64,000 bases of DNA from Candidatus Latescibacterota bacterium (GTDB lineage Bacteria > Latescibacterota > UBA2968 > UBA8231). The stretch is taken from the NCBI GenBank assembly GCA_965208105.1, contig OZ242318.1:928001-992000 (forward strand), read 5' to 3'. A model generated the notes under the pieces. That model did no database searches. It was not told where the DNA came from and saw only the letters and a program-made list of their open reading frames with translations. Position numbers and translations under genes: made by a program. Shown one piece after another: positions 8,342-16,496 of this stretch (position 1 is its first letter; the number at the start of each line of letters is the position of its first letter).

Positions 8342-10492
8342 GTGAATCTGCAGCCGGCTATCGATCCGGTCACACGCTACGTCCACCTCGGGTACAGCGT
8401 TCCCGCGGGTGCGCCCGAGCTCGTGCGGGTTCGCTGCGAGCTGCGCCCGCCTGGAGCCGGGGAATGGCTGCCGGCCCCGGTCCATCCCTACCTCAGCGCC
8501 ACTGCGAAGGCCCTGCTGCCGGAGGAAGAATGGCTCGAGGGCATGCGCCGCGGCACCCTCGTCGAGCGCCGCGCCGGGGGATTGGAACGGACCCTGGTGT
8601 GGAATCCGTTCACCCGGTTCCAGGGCAGAGCTGCGGTGGAAATGCGCATAACCCTGATGCACGGCGACGAAGTGCTGGAGCGGGGAGAAACCGGGATAGA
8701 GCTGCGCAACGAGGACGTGGTGGTTTTGGAGGACTGGCGCCGGGTAATGCAGGAAGGGCTGGTATCGGAAAGCCCAGGTCCCGGCGATGCGGTCTGGTGG
8801 TTCCGCCGCCGGCCGGCGGGCGAAAATGCTCCCTTCCCCGGAACATCGCTTGAGGCGGCCGAAAAGGGGGTCGAGCTGCCGCCCCTGACCTACCCCCTGG
8901 ACCTGCGCGGCCCCCACGCCATCTTCGTCTCCCTGCCCCCCGGGCTGAGTTGCATCGAGCTGCGCCTTTCGGGCGACGAACGCCGGGAGGATTTCGGCGC
9001 CGCCTCGCATCTCCAGCCGGAACCTGTGGATCCCGCCACGCGCCCGGGCGACGAGGAGTTCTGGCGCTGGGCGGAAATGGACCGGCAGCACCTGGTCATC
9101 TCCCAGCCATACCGCTCCGTTTTCGAGTACGAAGACGAGTTCCGCGCCCGGCTCCAACGGGTGCGGCTGGTCCCCCTGGCAGGTGAAGAGGTCGAGGGGC
9201 TGGAGGCCGAGTGGGGAGCGGAGGGCGAGCGGCGCCTGGTCTTCGGCTACCAGGAGCCCTACTCGTGGGGATTCACCCAGAAGATCGAGAGCAACCTGCA
9301 ACTTCGCGAACCCCTGCTCGCCTTCGCCGAGGCGAGGGTGGACAGTCTCGATATTCAAACTGCCAGGGGCGGCTCGTGCTCGGTGAGCGAAACCCGCGTC
9401 GGAACCCAGCTCCTGGGCCGGACCCACGGGGACCCGGTGCGCGGCAAGGTGCCCCATACCGACAACGTGGGGCGCCTGCAGCAATTCACCAACACCCTGG
9501 GCACCCAGCTCGAGTACGGGCGCCAGCTCGGGATTGCCGCGCGCGCCAATCTCGGGGCCACCAACTGCTACGCCGGCTCGGCATTCGAGTCGGAATTCTC
9601 CCGTCAGCACCCCGAGTGGCGCGAGGACTCCCTGCTGCGCTACGAGGTGCCGGAGGTACGGCAGTACGTCCTGGCGCTCTTCGAAGAGGCCCTGGAAATC
9701 GGCGCCCGCGGCCTCTCCATCGACTGGTGCCGCTATCCGCTAGCGCTCAAGGACAAGGGGACGGTGACCACATTCCTGCGCCAGCTGCGCGACCTGGCCG
9801 AGCGCCATTCGGACCCGCGCCGCGGGCGCGTCTCCATCCTGGTGCGCTTCCCGGTGCGCGGGGCCCCCCGCTGCGAGCACATGGACTACAAAACCTGGGT
9901 CCGGGAGGGGCTGGTGGACTACCTGTGTCCGAGCAACATCTTCAACCGTCCCCTGGCTTTCGAGATCGACGAATACCTCGAGGCGGTCAGAGACACTCCG
10001 ACCATCCTTCTGCCCAACGTGGAGCCCTGCCTTCCACTGCCGGGGATGTGGTTTCAGCGCCTGCTGGACTGCTACGAGAAGGGGGCCGAAGGAGTCTTCG
10101 TCTACCAGTGCGACGCCCCGGTCAGCAAGGCGCGGACCCGGCGCTACGTCTCCATCGCCGGCTCGGTGGACGCCCTGCGGCGCTGGCGCAGGCGCGAAGC
10201 CCGGGAGCAATCGCGCTACAGCAAGGGAATCTACCTGTCCTATCCCCACACGGATGGCAAGTACCAGCCTTACGAGCGCCTGCGCCTATGGGTCGAGGGA
10301 GTCGGGGCGGATACCGTGGAGATCTGGGTGGACGGACGCCTTGTCAACAGCTACGCTGCGCCGCCCTACATCCCGTTCTCCGAAGCCCTCGAGGACGACC
10401 ACGCCATCGCCGCCGGCACCCACACCCTCAGGGTGAGGGCCAGGGACGGAGAGGGCTGGCTCGAGCGCGACTTCGAGGTCGAGTACGCCTGA
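8342..10492 (+). CDS. Putative glycoside-hydrolase-like TIM-barrel protein (GHL10-like) with C-terminal Ig-like domain
   Basis: HPEW...LRYEVPEVRQYVLALFEE...GLSIDWCRYP...DYKTWVREGLVDYL...GAEGVFVY. The C-terminal VEIWVDG...APPY...GTHTLRVRA resembles an Ig-like domain. Confidence 0.65.
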   Translation: MNLQPAIDPVTRYVHLGYSVPAGAPELVRVRCELRPPGAGEWLPAPVHPYLSATAKALLPEEEWLEGMRRGTLVERRAGGLERTLVWNPFTRFQGRAAVEMRITLMHGDEVLERGETGIELRNEDVVVLEDWRRVMQEGLVSESPGPGDAVWWFRRRPAGENAPFPGTSLEAAEKGVELPPLTYPLDLRGPHAIFVSLPPGLSCIELRLSGDERREDFGAASHLQPEPVDPATRPGDEEFWRWAEMDRQHLVISQPYRSVFEYEDEFRARLQRVRLVPLAGEEVEGLEAEWGAEGERRLVFGYQEPYSWGFTQKIESNLQLREPLLAFAEARVDSLDIQTARGGSCSVSETRVGTQLLGRTHGDPVRGKVPHTDNVGRLQQFTNTLGTQLEYGRQLGIAARANLGATNCYAGSAFESEFSRQHPEWREDSLLRYEVPEVRQYVLALFEEALEIGARGLSIDWCRYPLALKDKGTVTTFLRQLRDLAERHSDPRRGRVSILVRFPVRGAPRCEHMDYKTWVREGLVDYLCPSNIFNRPLAFEIDEYLEAVRDTPTILLPNVEPCLPLPGMWFQRLLDCYEKGAEGVFVYQCDAPVSKARTRRYVSIAGSVDALRRWRRREAREQSRYSKGIYLSYPHTDGKYQPYERLRLWVEGVGADTVEIWVDGRLVNSYAAPPYIPFSEALEDDHAIAAGTHTLRVRARDGEGWLERDFEVEYA

Positions 10493-10639
10493 GGCCCCCC
10501 GCCGCAGACTTACCCCGGGATGAAAGTTCCGTTCGACGATGGGGCGTTCCTGCAGTGAACGAAGGTTTTTTCCAGGGGGTCCTGCTTCGAAGGCGACTGG
10601 GGACAAATCAGCACGATGAAGCGAATGCGAGAAAATCAC

Positions 10640-11761
10640 ATGGACACCAGAATCGCGGTGAGGCATTGGAAAAACTGGTTCCCCGAGGACCGGGAATCAT
10701 TCGAGCTCACCTCGGCAGAACAGCAGTTCATTGCCGCGGCGACAGGCAGCCTCCCGCGGAACTGGGAGGGCGACCCGGACATCGGGCGCATGGAAGCGAT
10801 TCTGGCCGAAGAACCGGCTGTTCTCCACCGCATCGGAAGCATCCTGCTGCATCGGCTCCTGCTGAACAGGCGTGGCTGCGGCCCGGCGGTCAGGTTCATG
10901 TTCGATCAGGGCATAGCTCTCGAGCTGGACAGCACCCGCTACAACTCGCTTTTCGACGCCGTGTACATCGGGGCGCTCGACGTGGTCCGGACCGTCTTCG
11001 AGGCGGGCGCGGCCGACGCGAGGGGCATCGCGCTGCTGAAGCCGCACGTGGGCTGGCCGGACAACACCTCCATGCTGTTCTGGGCGGCAACGAACGGACA
11101 TGCCGACATGGTCGAGCTCCTGCTGGAATACGGTGCCGGAATCCACCACGAGCTTCCCATCAGAGGCTGGGGCGAAAGGGGCTCCACCTCGCTCCAGGTG
11201 GCCGCGGCGCCTGGCAGCAGGGCGGGAGACCTTGCGCGAAAACGCGAAGCGGCGCGCATTCTGATCGAGGGCGGCGCCTTCTATGACGTCTACTCGGCCT
11301 GCGGCCTCGGCGACGCGCCGCGCCTCCTGGACCTCATCGGCGAGAATCCGGAGGTTGCCAGCGCGGCCGGCGACTACGGCATGACTGCGCTGCATTGGGC
11401 CGCGCGCGCAGGATCCATGCAATGCGCCGAGAGCCTGATGGACCGGGGAGCCCCGGTCAACCCTCTGAACAAGGGCCGGCGGACGCCGCTGCAGCTGGCC
11501 GCCGAGGCCGACCAGGCGGAAATGGTTCGCCTGCTGGCCAGGCACGGGGCCCAACTCAATACGCAGGACGGTAAAGGACGCACTCCCCTGCATCGGGCCA
11601 CCTACGAAGGCTGCGCTGCCGCCGCCGAGGCCCTGCTCCAATTGGGAGCCGACCCTCTGGTTCCCAACAAGAGAGGCAAGACCGCCCTGGAGATCGCCCG
11701 CAAGGACGCGAGATACCTGAAGGAGCGGGGAGATTCGAGGCGGTCGGCGCGCCAAGATTGA
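10640..11761 (+). CDS. Ankyrin repeat protein (cytoplasmic)
   Basis: GMTALHWAA, RRTPLQLAA, GRTPLHRA and GKTALEIA repeats. The start could be 10616. Confidence 0.9.
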   Translation: MDTRIAVRHWKNWFPEDRESFELTSAEQQFIAAATGSLPRNWEGDPDIGRMEAILAEEPAVLHRIGSILLHRLLLNRRGCGPAVRFMFDQGIALELDSTRYNSLFDAVYIGALDVVRTVFEAGAADARGIALLKPHVGWPDNTSMLFWAATNGHADMVELLLEYGAGIHHELPIRGWGERGSTSLQVAAAPGSRAGDLARKREAARILIEGGAFYDVYSACGLGDAPRLLDLIGENPEVASAAGDYGMTALHWAARAGSMQCAESLMDRGAPVNPLNKGRRTPLQLAAEADQAEMVRLLARHGAQLNTQDGKGRTPLHRATYEGCAAAAEALLQLGADPLVPNKRGKTALEIARKDARYLKERGDSRRSARQD

Positions 11762-11767
11762 GCCGGC

Positions 11768-11869
11768 CTCCTCCGCCACCTGACCGCATACGGTGCGGAG
11801 GTGAACGCTCGCGGATTCGAGGACTGCAACCAGTGGCCGCCGCCCCTGGTGCTCGCATGCAGGAAAGGG
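11768..11869 (+). pseudogene. Orphan ankyrin-repeat fragment
   Basis: Hand translation LLRHLTAYGAEVNARGFEDCNQWPPPLVLACRKG matches the LLxxGAxVNA...PLxxA pattern. No start codon. Confidence 0.55.
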
Positions 11870-11915
11870 TCGAGGAAGGCGGGTGGACTCACGACTGACA
11901 ACCGGAGGACTCTCT

Positions 11916-14036
11916 ATGCGTCGTAATTTCCGACACCTTTTGGTTTTAACTGGAACTCTGTGCATAGCGGGCAATCCCCTTTTCGCCCAGAATACCGAGG
12001 AGGAGGAGAAGGAGGAAGAAGAGCTGCCCGTTTATGTGGGAGAAGAGACTCTGGTGATGGAAAGCAGGGAAAAAGTTCCCACAACGAGTACTATCGCCAC
12101 CAGGATTCCCGTTCCAATCCGGTTGACTCCGGCAAGTATCGGTGTCGTAACTGGCGGGTTGTTTCGACATCAGAGTGGGGTGGTATTGGGGGATGCACTG
12201 CGAAATGTGAGCGGCGTCAACATTCAGACCGTATTTGGTGTTACGGATTTCTTCATCATCCGCGGGTTCGATTCGCTTTCCAGCGGGCTGGTGCTCACCG
12301 ATGGCGCATCGGAGCCCGAGGCCACGTTCTACAATCTCTACAACCTGGACCGCGTGGAGGTGCTCAAGGGACCGGGGGCATTTCTATACGGCGGCAACCC
12401 GCTTTCCGGATCGGTGAACCTGAGTCGCAAACAACCGATTTTTTCGAACGCGTTCCAGATAGGGGGCTCCTATGGGCCCTATAAAACGGTCCGCGCAACG
12501 CTGGATGCGAACCGGGCGCATATCGATCGCGGCATCGCCTGGCGCGTCAATGCGTTACGACAGGTCTCCGACCGCTATCGAGATGATAAGGACAGCGGTT
12601 CGTGGGCGGTGAATCCAGCGGCGACCTGGCGGCCTGATGACAAGACCACAGTGACCGCCAATTTTGAATATGTCACCAGCAGACACCAATCGGATTCGGG
12701 GTTGCCGATTGTAAATGGGGCAGTCGCAGATGTTCCCCGCACGCGATCATATCAATCGCCCTTCGATGTCTCCGATCAAGATATTTTTCGCGCGCGCCTC
12801 GATCTTCATTCTCGCCTATCGCACCGGGTTACGCTTCGCAACAAGATCTATTTCACCGACTTTTCATGGTTGTCCAAGGGCACATTGTTCAGCGGTGTTT
12901 TCCCCAACGCCCAGGGCAGTCTGGACATCCTGCGCACACTTGTTCTTTTGGACGACCGCCAGACGGTGTTGGGCAATCAGCTTGAGCTCCTATCTACATT
13001 CCGCACAGGCCGCCTGCAACACACCCTGCTTACCGGACTGGAATTGACGCAGTGGAAAGACAAATTCAACCTGGATGTGGCTGCCATGCCCAATATCGAT
13101 GTATTCAGTCCCGTGGAAACGGCGAGCCAGCCTTTCTTTGTTCTTCCGGGACAATCGCAGGGGGCGGATTCGAAAAGCCTCGTCATGGCGCCCTATTTCG
13201 TGAATCGCATCGTCTTTTTTCCACGCCTTCAGGCATTTGCAGGTGTGCGATATGACCGCATCGGCTACGATGATCCATTGACTTCGACGTCTCGAAATTT
13301 CAACAAGCTGAGTCCTATGGCAGGCATGGTGTTTTTGCTTGCGGAGGATTTCTCGATATACGCCAACGTCGGCAGAGCCTTTGCTCCTCCCTCAAGTCAG
13401 GTCGCAGGTCCGCGGGAGACCGAGGAGAGCCACCAGATGGAAGTGGGCGCGAAGAAATACGCGTTGGACAATCGCCTGCACGCGAGTCTCGCAGTTTATC
13501 AGTTGACAAAAAACAATATCGGCATTCCCGATGCGACGGGTGTCACGAAGCAGGATGGGGATCAACGCTCGCGCGGTGTCGAGCTTGAAGCAATGATACT
13601 CCCCGCGAGAAATTGGCACACATTTTTATCCTACGCACTATCCAATGCCAGACTCACCCGCTTTGCCGAATTGATCCCGGTTTTTACACAAACGGGCGTC
13701 ACCTTCCAGCTTGCAGATCGGTCGGGAAACAGGGCGGCGTTTTCGCCGCGCCATATTTTCAACGGGTGGACAGCGAAAGGATTCGACAATGGGCTGGAAC
13801 TTGGGCTTGGTGCGCGCTATGTTGCGAGTCAGTATATTGCCGAGGACAATCAATTCCAAATCAGAGATGTATTGACCCTGGATGCCTCGGTGTCTTTCGT
13901 GTACAGGCAGCTGAAATTTCGCATCAATGCCAAGAATTTGACCAATCAGGAATACGAAACGCGCGGCTTTGGATCCGCCTCGGTTATCCCGGCCAATCCA
14001 TTCGGTGTGCATTGTGCCTTTGAAGTCAATTTGTGA
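11916..14036 (+). CDS. TonB-dependent outer membrane receptor (siderophore-receptor-like)
   Basis: Signal peptide; plug motifs DALRNVSGV, FIIRGF, LDRVEVLKGPGAFLYG; C-terminal NAKNLTNQEY. GGAGG RBS before ATG 11916. Visibly more AT-rich than its flanks. Confidence 0.92.
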   Translation: MRRNFRHLLVLTGTLCIAGNPLFAQNTEEEEKEEEELPVYVGEETLVMESREKVPTTSTIATRIPVPIRLTPASIGVVTGGLFRHQSGVVLGDALRNVSGVNIQTVFGVTDFFIIRGFDSLSSGLVLTDGASEPEATFYNLYNLDRVEVLKGPGAFLYGGNPLSGSVNLSRKQPIFSNAFQIGGSYGPYKTVRATLDANRAHIDRGIAWRVNALRQVSDRYRDDKDSGSWAVNPAATWRPDDKTTVTANFEYVTSRHQSDSGLPIVNGAVADVPRTRSYQSPFDVSDQDIFRARLDLHSRLSHRVTLRNKIYFTDFSWLSKGTLFSGVFPNAQGSLDILRTLVLLDDRQTVLGNQLELLSTFRTGRLQHTLLTGLELTQWKDKFNLDVAAMPNIDVFSPVETASQPFFVLPGQSQGADSKSLVMAPYFVNRIVFFPRLQAFAGVRYDRIGYDDPLTSTSRNFNKLSPMAGMVFLLAEDFSIYANVGRAFAPPSSQVAGPRETEESHQMEVGAKKYALDNRLHASLAVYQLTKNNIGIPDATGVTKQDGDQRSRGVELEAMILPARNWHTFLSYALSNARLTRFAELIPVFTQTGVTFQLADRSGNRAAFSPRHIFNGWTAKGFDNGLELGLGARYVASQYIAEDNQFQIRDVLTLDASVSFVYRQLKFRINAKNLTNQEYETRGFGSASVIPANPFGVHCAFEVNL

Positions 14037-14141
14037 AGCCGGTCTGCTCCGGCCCTTCGAGGCAACACGCCTCATTCTACCAGCATGACGCCATTCTCCA
14101 ACCATATGTCTCGTCAGAACTTCACAAGCCAGTGAGATGCC

Positions 14142-14414
14142 ATGGTTGAAATCTATCTGAGCCCGTTCTGCTCCTACTGCTGGAAGGCCCGCCTGATCCT
14201 GTGGCGAAAGGGAATTCCATACAGAAAGATTCCCATCCGCTACTACTTCGGCTTGAAGCTCCCCACCGCAAATTTCAAGGAGATGCTGCGCCGCACAGGC
14301 GGTGACGGCTCTATTCCACAGATCTTCGTAGACGGAGAGTACCTGGGCACCGAGGATGCTCTCGTGGAGCTCGAACGCCGCGGAGAGCTGGAGAATCGCC
14401 TGGGAGGGTCCTGA
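14142..14414 (+). CDS. Glutaredoxin-like protein
   Basis: CSYC active site and SIPQIFVDGEYLG motif. Confidence 0.85.
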   Translation: MVEIYLSPFCSYCWKARLILWRKGIPYRKIPIRYYFGLKLPTANFKEMLRRTGGDGSIPQIFVDGEYLGTEDALVELERRGELENRLGGS

Positions 14415-14420
14415 CCGACC

Positions 14421-15329
14421 ATGGAGATCCTCGACTACAGGGCCGGGATGCTGGGTGAGGTCGCCGGCCTCTTCAACAACGGCATCGCCAACGTGCCCAA
14501 CTGCTGGCCGGTAGACGAGGCGGATTTCTCCGGGGCGATCGCCGCGGTCTGCGGAGGCGAATGCGACGGCGGACCTTCAGTGGACGACCAGGCTCTGTCC
14601 GTGGCCGCGCTGAACGGCAGGGTCGTCGGATTCGCCCACACCGGCATCGACCGGGGAGACTCGGACGAAGCCCCACGCGGAGCGATCTGCTTCCTCTACT
14701 ACGAGCGCGGCTGCCGAGCCGCTGGACAGGCGCTGCTCGACGCCGCCGAGGGCAGGTTCGCGGCGTGCTCGCTCTCCGAGGTCTGCGCCTTCAACCAGGG
14801 CTACCGCTACCGCTTCTACTGCTTCCCCCACGCCTACCTCTCCGACCGCCTCGACCACGTCAGAGCCCTGCTGCAGTTCAACGGCTACAGGCCCAGGGAG
14901 GGCGAGGGCTTTCTCAACGGGCTAGATTACGAGGCGGCCGAGCTGCCCCAGGTCGACCTCGACTTCGACCTGGCGGTGACCTGGCCCCGGGAGAGAGGCC
15001 GGCGGCCCGGCTGCCACCTCAAGGCGCACAGGGACGGAGAAACCCTTGGTGAATGCGAGATCACCTGCGGCGGCGACTACTCTCGGCACCCCGATGCCCA
15101 GGACTACGGCTTCGTCAACTGGCTGGGGGTGGAGAGACCGCATCAGCACCGGGGCCTGGGAAAGCTGCTGCTGTTGCGCGGCCGCAACGAGATGCTCGCC
15201 GCCGGATACCGCCACAGCGCCATCAGCACCGCCCTCCACAACAACCGCGCCTTTCTCTTCTACAGCAACCACGGCTACCGGCTGGTCGACTGGACCTGCC
15301 AGTTGAGAAAGCCGCTCGTTCCGGCATGA
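14421..15329 (+). CDS. Tandem GNAT-family N-acetyltransferase
   Basis: VVGFAH in the N-terminal half; LGVERPHQHRGLGKLLL (motif A) and NNRAFLFYSNHGY in the C-terminal half. Confidence 0.85.
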   Translation: MEILDYRAGMLGEVAGLFNNGIANVPNCWPVDEADFSGAIAAVCGGECDGGPSVDDQALSVAALNGRVVGFAHTGIDRGDSDEAPRGAICFLYYERGCRAAGQALLDAAEGRFAACSLSEVCAFNQGYRYRFYCFPHAYLSDRLDHVRALLQFNGYRPREGEGFLNGLDYEAAELPQVDLDFDLAVTWPRERGRRPGCHLKAHRDGETLGECEITCGGDYSRHPDAQDYGFVNWLGVERPHQHRGLGKLLLLRGRNEMLAAGYRHSAISTALHNNRAFLFYSNHGYRLVDWTCQLRKPLVPA

Positions 15330-15644
15330 GGGGAGCGAAGGACCTCGCCCTGGAACAACCGGGGAAGCCTGCCTTGGCAGCCCGTTGAAAAAGTCCATCC
15401 GGCCTGCTGCCGGCCATGGCGGGGCCGGCAGCAGGACCAGGGCTTGCCCTGCCGGGCCAGGGGGCCGGGGGCCTGGTTGCTTGTGCTGCCGCCGAGATTG
15501 ACTATTTTCTTTTCATCACCTGCCTCTGCAATAGTTGCAGGGGCGTATACAGACCAGGTTGGCAGTCGTTCGGATCCGCTTGGATTCCTTCTCGAAGGTA
15601 CTCGCACGATCTGCTCTAACCGCACATTGCAAAGGATCTTACAC

Positions 15645-15854
15645 ATGGCAGAGCGCGAGAAGGGAACCGTTAAGTGGTTCAACGACTCGAAGGGCTTCGG
15701 ATTCATCGTGCGTGAGAACGGGGAAGATGTCTTCGTCCACCACAGCGCGATCCAGAGCGAGGGCTTTCGCACCTTGTCCGACGGGCAGCAGGTGGAATTC
15801 GAGGTCGTCCAGGGCCAGAAAGGCCCGGCGGCCGAGAGCGTCGTAGCACTTTAG
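15645..15854 (+). CDS. cspA: Cold-shock protein (CspA family)
   Basis: [15 protein letters not shown]...DVFVHHSAI, 69 aa. Confidence 0.97.
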   Translation: MAEREKGTVKWFNDSKGFGFIVRENGEDVFVHHSAIQSEGFRTLSDGQQVEFEVVQGQKGPAAESVVAL

Positions 15855-15876
15855 GCCCTGGCTTCACATAGTGCCG

Positions 15877-15916
15877 AAGGGGGTGATGTGCACTGCATCA
15901 CCCCCTTTCAATTTTG
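15877..15916 (+). terminator. Probable intrinsic terminator after csp
   Basis: Perfect 12-bp stem AAGGGGGTGATG/CATCACCCCCTT (15877-15907) with a 7-nt loop, followed by TCAATTTT. Confidence 0.65.
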
Positions 15917-15924
15917 GAGTTTGG

Positions 15925-16194
15925 ATGAAAATTCGAGTCGACAATCTAGCTGCAGACACCACCCAGGAGGACCTCCGCACGCTGTTCGAGCTGTTCGGGT
16001 CCGTCTCTTCTGCCACCATCGATCCGCGCCGTCGCTGGGGCCAGATCGACATGCCCAGCAAGTCCGCCGCCCGCGAGGCCATCGACATGCTCAACGGGCA
16101 GAATCTCAAGGGCTTCGACATGGTCGTCCAGGAAATGTCCGACCGCCCGGCCCACCGCCCGCGCGGCAAGCCGCGCAGGGGCCGGCGGCGCTAG
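15925..16194 (+). CDS. RRM-domain RNA-binding protein with Arg-rich tail
   Basis: MKIRVDNL...EDLRTLFELFGSVSSA...AREAIDMLNGQNLKG. Its stop TAG lies in the left end of the palindromic element. Confidence 0.88.
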   Translation: MKIRVDNLAADTTQEDLRTLFELFGSVSSATIDPRRRWGQIDMPSKSAAREAIDMLNGQNLKGFDMVVQEMSDRPAHRPRGKPRRGRRR

Positions 16195-16358
16195 TGTTCC
16201 GTCGCAGAAATATGTCGACATTATTCCGCCGATCCATCCCAGCTCACGGCGTTGCCTTCATTCGCCGTACACCACTGGTACGGCTCGCTCAGGCGCCTTG
16301 TGAGCCGGGCGCCTCGGCGGCCCAATTTCGTCAACCTATCTCTGCGACGGAACACTAG
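16191..16358. mobile_element. 168-bp MITE-like imperfect palindrome bounded by CTAG
   Basis: Left end CTAGTGTTCCGTCGCAGAAATA versus reverse complement of right end CTAGTGTTCCGTCGCAGAGATA (21/22). Internal arms also pair (CCGCCGA/TCGGCGG, GCTCAC/GTGAGC, GCCGTAC/GTACGGC). Confidence 0.8.
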
Positions 16359-16496
16359 CCTTTGCTTGCAGCATTGAAATAGCTAGATCTTGCTCAGCAG
16401 GCTCGATTTCGACCTGGTAGTCACCCTTTCCTCCTCGATGCCGTTGCGTTCCCCGCTAGACAAGCCGGCCCCTCAAGCACGAGCACGGAGAAACCG

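Noticed and set aside
11762-11915. Cobalamin or TPP riboswitch upstream of the TonB receptor
   Set aside because: No conserved riboswitch boxes seen. The region is better explained as an ankyrin coding remnant.
15376-15400. GGCAGCCCGTTGAAAAAGTCC, resembling an IS or MITE terminus
   Set aside because: No matching inverted partner or transposase found nearby; at most a solitary end.
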